A stretch of 59,548 nucleotides of DNA from Amphiscolops sp. MND2022. Its lineage: Eukaryota. Below the pieces are notes generated by a model. It was given only the letters and a program-made list of their open reading frames with translations, was not told where the DNA came from and did not search any database. Position numbers and translations under genes: made by a program. Position 1 is the stretch's first letter. Each line of letters starts with the position of its first letter. The stretch covers positions 124,001 to 183,548 of the forward strand of contig CAXLNC010001679.1 in NCBI GenBank assembly GCA_964187785.1, written 5' to 3'. Shown here one piece after another: positions 38,060-50,100 of this stretch.

Positions 38060-41000
38060 ATTGGTAACCAAATCTTGATCCTCCTCCTCCGCCTTCTTTA
38101 AATAACACCATCACTACTCATCCTTCAACTTCACACTCACCGCACCAATATAGCACTCCTTCTAACTCTTCTCCACCACCAAATTTTATTACTATCCAAC
38201 CCTCTATTTCTCGAATTCATCAAAATTTTCCTCAAGTTCCACTTACCTTCCCATATGCAATAACTACTCAACCACAAGATCACTTGTCTCGAACATATTT
38301 TCCAACATCTCTTTTTCTAATCCTATCCCTCTATCATCCTTTCCTACATCTCAAAACCCTTCGCGGAACTTTCCAACTTCTTCTTTCCCCCCTTCCCCTA
38401 CTCCTTATGATCCATCCTAAACAAGGCTGATATAATGATTACCCGGCCACTAAAATTCCTAAATGTAATGAAATTTTTACCCGTGGTCTCCCAAACAAGT
38501 AAACGATTTTGCGAACAAAGTCAAACATAATTCACATTCACTTGAACGACCATTCTTTTCCACTCTCTTGTTAACATGGTCAATCAAAATGTTACTGTTA
38601 AGAACCTCCTCAGAATCCCCAAACACACGCCGTAGACCCGAATATTAAATCTGAACTTCAATTCAAAAAGTTTTGCTGCTTTCGCTATAAAATCAACAAT
38701 TCTGTTTCAACTTGTTATGCCAGACGCAATATGCTTAAAATATCTAAACCTCAATCAAAATGTTCTACTCCCTTCTTTCATCATTATTTCAAAGCACCCT
38801 TCAACACGAATAACACCCAAGCTCCTCGTTATGGTAGTTGATATAAATCTCATTCTTATTCTCGCTCAAAAGCTTGTTCAAAATATTATGACAAACACTC
38901 CTCCCATAATCATTCTCCATACTATGATCGTCACCGATCTCGCTATGATCAGTATTATCGAAAATGTCCTTCACGAACATTTTATCCTTTTCGGTTGCTA
39001 TCATTCCCCATCCTCTCGTAGCCCATATAATTATTGCCCTCGTTCTCGCGAATGCTCCTCTAGTTATAATAACTCCTCTTTCAGACGTTATACATCCCCG
39101 TATCGTTCGCCCTCTAAACCTCGTTTGATCGTTATCGAAGTCGATCACACTCAAATTCAAAACACTCCTCAAATTACTAATAAAAACCCACTGTTATTTT
39201 TATTCAACAACCCACCTCACTATTTCACAACCCTCCCTCTACAAAACCTAAGTTCGAAGTTAACATGTATAACCCAAACTCCCCCTCTTGTTCACAATAC
39301 TCCACACCTTCATATATTCATGCTAACGCTATCACGTTGCATACGCTTCTAGTTGGTTTGTTAATCTATACAATTTCAAACCATCCGATGACACTTTCAG
39401 AATATTTGCTGATCACTTCCTTAAGTGCTCAAAATCGAATCCCACATATAATGATTTTAAAACCTCAACAGTTGGCAGTAGACACAATTGGCAACTGTTG
39501 GCAAAGTTGGCAATGTTGGCAAAGTTGGCAAAGTTGGCAAAGTTGGCAAAATTGGCAATACAAATTGGTTCCACCCCTCTGATAAATCCATCCATAGTAC
39601 AACTTTTCAAAACCCACTAAAGGAGATACAATTAAAGTTGTCCTTGATGATATACACTTAAACTATAACACCGATCAATCCGTTGAATCTTGGCCTATTG
39701 AACATTTAGCTCCTCGACTTGCACGCGGTATCAAAAAATTAAATGTGCAATTGTCCTTATGTATGTTCATTCCCCTTTAGACGAAGAAAGCATCACACTT
39801 ACCAGTTTCTCAACTGGCGATAAACTCTATGCCTTAATTCGAGGTTTTTACGGTTTCAAAGGACTACCATTTTTTTTCAAAACAAATGCTACCTTTTTCA
39901 AAAAAAACTCACCGACCAAGGCTTTGCACTTCTTTATGTATCCTCCTCCTTGCTTGTCCAAAAACTCATAGGCTTGATTTATTTGAAAGTTTACACCAAA
40001 TATGTAGGTCTAACAATCTGAAATTGCTCCTCATGTTCTCCTCACTGTGAAACTTCGTGGACATGAAATTGGCAATGATACGATTAACCTATCTACTCTA
40101 AAGTTGATGGCATAGATAAATTGACACCCATCAGTTCTGCGATGTTTTGGTTCAATGAACGTCTACTCCAATCTCATAAGCAAACTCCACATTCCACTCA
40201 AGTTTTTTTTCTACTCTCGTCCTTGATGATATTTCATTTGAATTGACTCTTGCAATGAATCAAGTCCTAAATGGAATTAAAATCTCTCTCTCAAAAGATA
40301 CTGAACTCGCAATTCCTAACACCACCTATCTTCTCTAGATTACTGTTGACGCCTCTCTTCTTGGTCTAGGTGCAATGTTATTTCAACCCAACACAGATAA
40401 CAAAAGGTAAGTTATATCTCATAACTCCAGTTTAACAACTCAAGAACAAAAACTTTCTAGCTTTGATCGAGAACTCTGTGCTATAACATTCGCTCTTCAT
40501 TATCATTGGCTCTAAATTCCTAATGTTTTTTTTACAGATCATAACCTTATTCTTTTTCCATTTACTCGCAAAAGAAACCTCACACCAAGACAATATAAAG
40601 CTCAAATGTGAAAAACAAAATTCTCAAACCTCAAACCTTCAATTTACTCACATGCTGGTACTAATATATTTGTTGCTGATTTTTTCAGTCAAGCTTTTTC
40701 ACATGTTACAACTAAAAAGTGTCAATTACAACACAAAAATCCCCCTGCGCACATTGAATGGATTTAACCCAAATCCAACAATTCTTTTCAAAAACCCACC
40801 TTTTAGTTAAACATGATGATGCCAGCACAAACAAATTCAACCCACTCAATTTAAATTCACTATGGTGATTATCAATTTACACTTCTTATTCGAGATAAAG
40901 GTAATACCGTCACATACACTCCTCTTGATTCAATCCCTTTTCAATCTATATCATCCTTTTCAAACAAATATAAAGAACATCAAGAATATATAATAAAGCT

Positions 41001-44000
41001 AAAACAATGCTTCAACAGAACCCTCTTTTATATGAAACTAAGTTGTATGAGTTGATTGTCATGTTACCAAAAGAATTCCGCAACAACACTCACAATCAAC
41101 CCTTTCATCCTATTAAAACTCTCCCCTCTGAATTCCAATACTACTATTTTAGTGACTCTCATCTTTCTGAAGATCTTTTGGGCAATATGACAAGTTCTTT
41201 ATCTTCAAACGCTGATGAATCTCCTCATGCTAACGCTGTGTTTCAAACTTCTATTAAACCTACTGCTTCCCAGTCATTGCTTTTTTTATATGTACTTTTC
41301 AACTAATTGAACAGCTTTTGAAAACTTTTTCCTTCCATGTTTTACCATTACAACGTTAACCATCCGACCATTCTGTTGAAGCTCAAAAAATATCCTGTTC
41401 TCGTCACTGCTGAAACATGGTTAAAGCAAAAACAAACACCTTACACTTTAACCTCAATTCTTGGAGCTAACTCTTTCCTTCTACATAATACAAACAATTC
41501 CAACATTTACAAATTGACTCAAAGTAACATCCTATCCAACAGTACACACCCGACCCTCGAATACTTGAAACTTTTTCATTAAAACCCAACAGTCTTTCAA
41601 CCAAACTCGAATTTCTTTACCATTCACATTTTCCTATACAGTTTTCGATAAAACCCATTCACAAGACCACTCCGGTGAAAAACTCTCGATTAAAACCTCC
41701 AAGCAATTATACTAATTTCCTAAATTACCTTTATAGTTTTCCATTTTCGTTCATGATTGTATCAAATACCAAACGAACAAACATTTTCCTATTAAACCAC
41801 TGCTCCTTCTCTACCATTTCATGAAAACGCCAATCATTTTAACTTTCGAGTCTCCATGGACAAAAAGGACCTATTTCTCCTTCTTCACAAGGTTACTCCA
41901 ATTTTTTTGACATCATGATGCTTTTAGTCATTTTGCTGTCACTAACCCTGCTCCTCATGTTTTCTCCAAATATGGTTTTCAAAATCTACTCCATCATTGG
42001 ATTACTAATACTAAAAGATGTCCATCTCAATGTCTCGTTACTGATCGAGGTACTGGAGTTATAAACCACGATTTGGCCCATCTTTGCTCTCCATATTCTC
42101 CTCGGACAATTGGTTTAGTCGAAGTCCAAAATCGTAATCTTGAAACTCACCTCCGTCCAATTTTACAAAATCATCCTACTAACTAGTCATTTCAAAATCA
42201 AATGTATGCTTATGCTCAAAATATTACTCCCCTTTCTCAAATTGAAACTTCTCCATATCAAATTTTAATCCATACACACCCTCGTATTCCATTACCTTTC
42301 CTCTCAAATTATAACAAGTTTCTTCTGAAAATTGTATTGCAATATACTGCAATTCACTTCCACCTCATGCACATTTAAATGACCTCAATCCCATTTTCGC
42401 TCACTTCTCAATCAACTTATTTCTTGTTGGCTTTTAGCTGCTGAAGGTGATATGTTAGAAATGTATTCTACTGTTCATCGTCACATAACTAATGACTTAG
42501 ATTCAATGCACTTAAAGCAACTCCCTCCCAACACCTTTGTTATACTTGCTAATTTTAAATCTTTCATAATCTCCAGAAAACTTAAACCTCTACGTCTTTG
42601 ACCATACAAAATTATTCAACATTTTTTCGATGTCACTAATGATCTTACGTCCCGCAGCCTACTGTCAGAAAATTTAACTGTTCCCCAAAATTTCAGCACA
42701 TATTATCCATCTACGCAGAAATAAATTCATTCCCATATTCAAACGTCTTGCTCGCATGTATGCCCGATGTTGTGAGCAAAAAATAGTAGTCTTGTCAAAA
42801 AGCATGAGTCAGCATCGTGAACAAGACAAAGCCATCATTGATTCGAAAAAGAAGTTTTTACTTACGCTGCATGAACAACTTGTCATGCCCCGTCACACCC
42901 CTTTTGAAACTTTTTATCCACACACTTCTATTAAAACCATTGCACAACACAAATGTTTACTCTATCCTTCTACCTATCAACCTCGCTCCTTCCACTCCTT
43001 TACGAGAATTCAGATAACACTGTTGATTCCACATACACTGATTCTGAAATGCTTCAAAATCATATTTACCATTCCACCTCTTCTACCACACCCTTTTGTC
43101 CTCAAATCTATCCACGTGTTGCTGATTCTCCCAATCTCTCTTTCGAATATTCACCTGATTCTCAAACTTTACCCACTCATATTCGAGCCCCTTGTTAACT
43201 ATATAACTTACGCCCTCTTCCACCGAAATATTACCAAAGCTCGCAACCCACTATTAGCTTTCCCTCTTAATTTAAAATTCACTCTCTAATTGCATTACCT
43301 GTCAGGCTCTAGTTGAATTTTTCTTCATCCAATTGTTTAAGTACGCATGACATCTGACATTCACAATTTAATTATTAGCCATCGCAAGGAATACCTTCTG
43401 CTCATTTTGTGCACAACCTTTGATTGAACAATCGAATAAACAATAAGGCTAATAAGTATTTCAGTTTCCTTCTGTGAAATCGATCATCCACTGACGCAAT
43501 AAACATTAAAAATACTCTTTTACCATATCCTAATAACACTTTCTAATATTATTCGAAACCTCAACTTGTTTCCATTATGGATCATCCTGTTCCGTTATCC
43601 TCCTGTTCCACAGATTCTAATTACTCTGTTAGCTTCAGTTAACAATTACGCCTCAGTTTCCACGGATACTATTAACTCCTCTCAAACTTCTTCTTTAATC
43701 TTACAATTTTCTGATTCCACTACAATTTCTTTCACTTATCCTCGTCTTCCTTCTTCTAATTCAGCTTCTAATCATACCACTACCGCTTTAGCTAACCTTT
43801 TAGAAGCCTCCTCTGAATCTACTATTCGCAGACCTCCACGCCATAGATATAATCTTATATCTAATTGTAATCTTACGCCTTCGCTTGCTCCCCTTTATCA
43901 GACATCACGCCCAATCTTGTTCATTTGACACTTTTTGTTCTCATGAAGAAATTCAAACATCTTCCCAACGCCTTTTCCCAACGCCTTTTCCTAACGCTCC

Positions 44001-44400
44001 CCTCTTTCTTCCTATAAACAGACGAAACACCTTTTTCTCGAACCACATCCAAAAATCTCTGTGTTCTTTTTTCTGAAGAACACCTCTTAATTATTGGTCT
44101 TACCACTGATCAATATTCTAATCCACTTACACCTTATCATGATGATTATCAACTGATTGTCAACAATATTCTTGTTTCTAGTCCTTGCCACTCATAAATT
44201 AAAAGTTAATACTCAAATTTCAGACGAACGTCGTCGTAGGGAAATTCCAAGACCCGATACTACAAACCTTGAAATAAAATTTGAAATCGCTGTTAAATTT
44301 CATAAATCAGGACCTCGCCCAGTTTCTTCCTATACAATTGTAAACTTTAAATCTTTACCACTTCCTTCCCTTGCCTTACTTTAGTCAATTCGTTAGTGAT
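38060..44400 (+). pseudogene. gag-pol of element D, second copy, continuing into integrase and the Ser/Pro-rich tail
   Basis: Same gag, RT and RNase H as the first copy. Then HSQDHSG and HDCIK (HHCC remnants), RVSMD.KGPISPSS, DAFSHF, LVTDRGT, GLVEVQNR, and KLKPLRL*PYKI (about 42585-42612). Confidence 0.88.
39488..39560. repeat. 9-bp tandem repeat (TTGGCAAAG)x8, second copy
   Basis: Same unit order as 32672-32744. Confidence 0.95.
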
Positions 44401-44480
44401 CATCCTTTTTTCGTCTTCTTCACCGTTCTGTCATTTTTTAAAAACACATATATCCTGAATTAGAGCGCTCTGTTATAACT

Positions 44481-46400
44481 TTGCTCCTCGTGAAATCTCA
44501 GTCTAAACACAATTTTCTTTTCTTCCTCTTCCTTCTCAAACACTTCACTCTTCTCATCGTTTCACTTCACGCTTCTACTGATATAGGAGAACTTAGTGAT
44601 CCTCACAATTCTGACCTATTAGTTTCTCATTATGACGGTTCCAAACAACATAATCTTTTTCAATTTAGTTTAACTCCAGTACAAACTTGTGCTCAAGAAC
44701 CTTCCTCCTCAGATAGCACTCGTGATATTGCTAATGTTGTTTTCCTTGCTAAATATGAACGCCTCAAAGCATGGACCTTTGAGCTTATGTGCAATTTAAG
44801 TGTGTGTGCGCAATCTGATTAAATATACAGTCATTATGTTCGTATCGAATGTCATCATGGCGCAAAAATGCCGTTCGTCAACTAAATGGAACTGATAATC
44901 ATCAACATAATGCTTTTGATTATAGTAACACATTCACATTCTTCGATGTTCAAAAACAAATCCTCCTTGAAACAAAACAACATCCTTTCCGTATTATTAA
45001 CCTCAACACTTTTCAATACTGTGCTTTTGCTTGGAGAACAAACTCTCACTTTGTTTTGAACACAGCTCTCATCGAAAAAGCTCTTTGAATAGATAATTGA
45101 GAAAGACAGTTGGTATTTAATTGTTCGAGAAAGTGGAATAACATATGGTGACAATAATAAAAAACAAATTTCATGGATACACTACGCAAACTCTGTTAAA
45201 ATCACAAAATGCTGGTTTCCTCTGAACTCAAACCCGTAGTAATTGTTTATATGTCGAAGGCTCAACTGACTGGCTTGATGATTGTCCTCATCATCTCTCT
45301 CCTCTATATATAGGTGGACAATGTTCTGATGGAATTACTGTTAACTACCTTGACACTGTAATGTATGTTGACACTATCACTTGCCAAACTTTTGCGTATG
45401 CTAACCAATTCCCATGTGAAAACAACCCACAAATTGTTATTGCTCTTGATCCTGACACTGATCAATATTATGTCCTAATTCCACAACCTGATAAAAAAGA
45501 CCATCCCTACTTTTTGAAACTCCTCAAGCCCAAACTGCTAATAGCCCAAGCACTTTCCTAGCCCAAGATGCTGCAACCTTTTGGGAATTGTGTTCTCTTC
45601 ACCAACCATTCTGATAAAAGATTACAACACCTTGGCAAAGCTAAGAAATATGAATTTTGAGTAAACAATCTTCTGAACTCCTCCCAAACATTCCATACAA
45701 ATATCTTCCAATTGGTCTCCATAACTATATGTTAAAAATGACTTTTTTGAAATACCTGGATGGTTCACCAATGTTTTCATCAAACTCTTCGGTTACTCAT
45801 TTTATATTTTAAATCAAAGTGGAATTTTTTCCACTGCACTTTTTATTCAATTTGCTTTCAACACACTCCCTAGTTTATACCGCTCCTTCACAGTTGAAAA
45901 GCTTCTTCAAAAAATCTCCCTTCTTGCTGTTGCTCTATTGGTTATCGGTTTTTCGGAACCGTAACCAAAACAATTATGACTGCTAAGATCAAACCTCCTG
46001 ATCCTATTTCGGACTCCGATAGTTCTGATACACCTCCTCATTCTAAATACAATATTAACCAAACGTCAAAACATTCTAACGGTAAAATGTACAAAAGCAA
46101 TACCAAATCCATTATTTGAAGTGTTAAATCTGAAGATACAATGCGAAGAGCTTCACCCAAAATATCTGCTTCTAACAATATAATTTCTCCACCTTATCCT
46201 CTTATTTCCATTCCTCAATTAACTGATAAAAATTCACCCCTCCTCCTAATTATAATTAACACAATTAATCTCCTAATAATCTTTCACATCGTCATTCCCT
46301 TATCACCTTCATTGTCGTCTCCTCCTTATATACATAATTCTTTTTCCCCTGAAGATACTAACTTTAACAACTCCTCCAATAAATCTCACATACACCGAAA
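44481..46400 (+). pseudogene. env-like glycoprotein of element D (internally deleted)
   Basis: A hydrophobic N-terminus; SHYDGSKQHNLFQFSLTPVQTCAQEPSS; YVEGSTDWLDDCPHHLSPLY..C..VMYVDTITCQTF..CENNP..DPD; a TM region at about 45790-45870. Confidence 0.8.
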
Positions 46401-47330
46401 TGGTTCACTGAAAGTCTTTGGTTACTCCAGTTACACTTTATCCTAATGTGGAATGTATTTCTCCACCGCTCTTTTTTCACAATTCACCTTCAATGCCCTC
46501 CGCAATTTTTATCGTTCCTTTACTGTTGGAAAATTTCATGTTCCTAATGAAAACAAATCGCCCTGGTTTCTGCATTAAGTTATGGTTTCCTCGGAACTGT
46601 AACAAAAACCTTGATGACAGCTATGATACATCCTTAGTTTATACCGCTCATTCACAATTGGGATTATTCTTCCCGTGGTTCTGCTTTTGGCTATGGGTTT
46701 TTGTGGAACGATAACTAAAGCAAAGTTGGCCGCTCTGATTGGATCTTCCGATCCCAACCCAGATTCTGATGAATCTGATACACTTTCCCTTCTAATTCTA
46801 AACTTACTAAGTTTGAAACACTATGACTTTAATAATTATAAACCCAATATAAAATCCAAAACACTAAGTCTAAAAAATACCCTGCAAAGATATTCACTAA
46901 AACTTTCCTTTACTAACCTTTCTCCACCTTACCCTTTCGTTAGCACTCCTCAATCAACTGGAAATAATTCACCCCCTTTTTCTATTTACGTATAAATTCA
47001 CGTAATATTTAGTGCTGACAATCTTTTCCTCGTCATTCCCAATTACCTTCATTGTCATCTATTCCTTTCAACAAAATTCTACCTCTCCTGAAGATATCAT
47101 TTTTGACAACTCCTCTAATAAGTCTTCCATACACAATATACTACAATCAACCGAACTTTATCCTCGTGCTCCACCTCCAATAGTACACAATATATGGCAA
47201 TCAAACAGAAGTTATCATGCTACTCCATCAAAAATGAAAGTTAATGAGATCCCAATAATATCTGTTAACAGTTTATTCAATCAACCCGAAAACCCTTTTA
47301 AACTGTATTCATACGGTCGTTTGCCACTTG
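46400..47330 (+). pseudogene. Additional diverged env TM/tail fragments
   Basis: A second KVFGYSSYTL..CGMYFSTALF..YRSFT and a third YRSFTI..GFCGTIT segment. The PED..F.NSSNK motif recurs at about 46348 and 47087. Confidence 0.65.
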
Positions 47331-47399
47331 ATTAAATTTATGGCTTTTCTCTTTCTTTTTGCTCATCTTTCAGTTGATGATTCATAACCGCTAAAACCA

Positions 47400-48800
47400 C
47401 ATTCTTTTCTCGTCGCTAAAAACTCAAACAATTTCCCACCATTTCCTTCATCGCAAAAAAGCAAACAACTTTCTACTATTTTGTCTTACTTTTGTTCTTG
47501 ACTTACCAAAACAAAACTTACTGTTACAAAATTTTTGTCTTGCCTTTTATGGCTCACACTACCTATAAATTCCGCTTTCAGAAGAAATTTTCCGTTTTCC
47601 CCGTAGTTTTGATCATATTGTCGCATATGCATCTATGAAATTAGAACAACTTTGTTTTTGCAAATTAAACGAACACCCTTCTTCCAAGTCCATTCCAACG
47701 TTTTGAAACCAACTCAACATGATCTAAACACTAAGCGTAATGATAATACTACTGCTCCTTCAGTCAGAAAACTCCGTCACTGAACATCCCAACTCTTTTT
47801 GTTTAGAATTTAATTTTCCAAAACCACAAAATTAGTTCCTCTTTCTCCTACCACTCTCACTACTCCCTAATTCACCTCTATAATTCGTAAACATGACCCG
47901 GCCAAACAATATTACTTCCTCACTTCATACCAAGTTTCTACACTTACCATTTTTGTACATCAGGGTGCACTCAATCGAAATTATGATTTCTTACTACCAA
48001 CTGCACTCAATCGAAATTATGATTTCTTACTACCAACTCATGTTCCTAACAGCGTTCCTAATCTGTTCCCAATCGTACCACTCTCACTAGTCTACTTTCT
48101 CCTACCACTCTCACTACTCCCTAATTCACCTCTATAATTCGTAAACATGACCTGGCCAAACAATATTGCATCCTCACTTCATACCAAGCTTCTACACTTA
48201 TCATTTTTGTACCTCAGGGTGCACTCAATCGAAATTATGATTTCTTACTACCAACTCATGTTCCTAACAGCGTTCCTAATCTGTTCCCAATCATGAGTAA
48301 ACTCGTTGAAACTCGTCTTGATGACCATTCTCACTCTCTATATACCTCCCTTGTACTTAAATCATATACCATGGCAGATATGATCGCAAAATTTCTTCAT
48401 CTATTTTGAAACAAAAATAAACATTCTTCAGCTACTATCAATATCCATGATGAAATCATTGAAGATCTTTCTAATCTCGTCCCTCCATCATGTTAAAAGT
48501 TTTCCTACTTCTAAGAACCATCTAAAAAACCACCTCCTTCTTTATATGTATTACAAACTGTCAATCATAAAGTTTACATCAATTGCTTCTCTTGTCCAAC
48601 TGACGAATTGGTCACTGAATGTTTAAAGCTTCTCCGATCAAATTTTGAACTTCCCACTACTGCTGATCCCTTTGTCATTTTAAATCACATTTTCGACACC
48701 TACCGTAATCTTCAACATTTTCTCCAGCTCCATAGCAATGATATCCAAACTCGTTATTTGCGTTCATTTGGGTTGCAAATTCCTGGTGGAATCTTCCCAA
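47400..48800 (+). pseudogene. Accessory ORF-X homolog of element D
   Basis: HTTYKFRF, FDHIVAYASMKLE, KPTQHDL, FSYHSHYSL, DDHSHSLYTSLV, SCPTDELVT, FDTYRNLQHFLQLH. Confidence 0.6.
47841..48292 (+). repeat. Nested duplication: copies 47841-48074 and 48095-48292, with a 36-bp tandem duplication (47966-48037) inside the first copy
   Basis: Directly visible repeated sequence (CTTTCTCCTACCACTCTCAC.. to ..CTGTTCCCAATC). TGCACTCAATCGAAATTATGATTTCTTACTACCAAC occurs twice in tandem. Confidence 0.93.
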
Positions 48801-49329
48801 TAAAACTACTATCAAAAAGTCCAATTTTTTCCAAGAAATTTGAAGTGAAGGTTTCTCGGAATCTTCCGAAGGTCTCTTGTGACTCTAATTCTTAAAGCCA
48901 CTCTAATTCTCGGAGCCATTTCATTAAAACATCAATAGCAATACATTTAATCACAACCTTTAGCAAACTCACTAAACTAAACTAACACTCAACAAAATAA
49001 ATCATATATACATATACAAAAAACCTTCATTGAATATTTGTTTTAGTAATTACGGATAAAGTTCATCTTCACACAATGACATATCTCTTCCTCCACACCT
49101 TATCATCCTTCCACACTGGCATACCCTTATCTCAACCAAATGTTGGACTCTCTTCTGTCAGCGACTGCTTCTTTTACTTCGTCCACATTCACTCTGCTTA
49201 CATCCACCGTCATTTCAGTTTCTTTGTCTTCAAATACGATGTCTTCCTCTTCACGACTGCCACCCATCTCATCAGTGCTTCCCAGTGCAGAACAATGTTC
49301 AACCTCTTCCACACTTGCCACATGATGCT

Positions 49330-50100
49330 GTTGCTACTTCAGCCCAACAATCTTTAACGATTTTTCGCAGTTCGTCAGTTAACTAGCGAATTGCAACAAC
49401 GTAAGCCCCGCCAACAGAAACGTCCACAGTTGCCCCTAGGTGAAGCTGCTCGCTGACCGAGAGATTAGTTCACATAGCTGCATATAAGGAGAAACTCACT
49501 CAGTATTACAATGCTCCAAATCTTTTTGAACAATATTTAGATCAACTCCTCTTTGAACGAGCTACTAAATTTAGGAAAATTATTGCAAATTTAGATACTA
49601 TGGTAAGTTTTTCAGGCCCCGCTAAAATTATTTAAATACAAATCCCCAGCTTACGTTACCCATTCAATTTTTGCCACTCCTCATGCAAAGTCGTTCCAAT
49701 AATTGTCATAATCAATTTCACACTACCTCCCTCATCGCCTGGGCCAATACCCATTTCAATTGAACCAATTACCCACCAACACACACAATTCACTAGTTGA
49801 TTTTGCCCATTCATAACTTGTTGACTAACAATTTTAATGACATATATTACACAAAAAGAATCACTTTTAAACGTTGTTTAATTGTTTCTTACTTTTTCTC
49901 ATTTTCTTTCCCCACCCCAATTATTTCCGCTCATCTCTTTTCATTTCCAAAATTATTTGATTGAAATGATGTTCTTTAATGCCATTACTTTTGACAAAAA
50001 TGTAAAATTTTGCTCTTGAATTGTGGTTGTCCCCGAATTTCTCTCCTCATAACTTCAAATCTAACAAACATATTTCACCTTTTATTGTTTTAACCTAACT
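49330..50100 (+). pseudogene. ORF-Y homolog (start of a further truncated Gypsy element E)
   Basis: DAVAT..RQLTSELQQRKPRQQKRPQLPLGEA aligns with EAVAT..RGLTQKLETRKPRYPKRPQLPPGEA. Confidence 0.45.

Larger units (their letters stand above)
27936..41561 (+). repeat. Tandem duplication, 2 x about 6.8 kb (27936-34739 and 34740-41561)
   Basis: The ORF track repeats with an offset of about 6.8 kb (27993/34797, 28703/35505, 31901/38717, 32943/39759). The copies differ by scattered substitutions and small indels. Confidence 0.97.

Noticed and set aside
17700-48800. APOBEC-like G-to-A hypermutation as the cause of G depletion
   Set aside because: The lesions I could reconstruct are mixed (C>A, G>T, indels, deletions), not systematically TGG>TAG/TGA, and TGG codons survive in conserved motifs.
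49127-49321. Acidic antisense peptide genes (also 9973-10233 and 10467-10673)
   Set aside because: They are expected by chance from the purine-rich minus strand of the skewed elements, and there is no cross-copy conservation in those frames.
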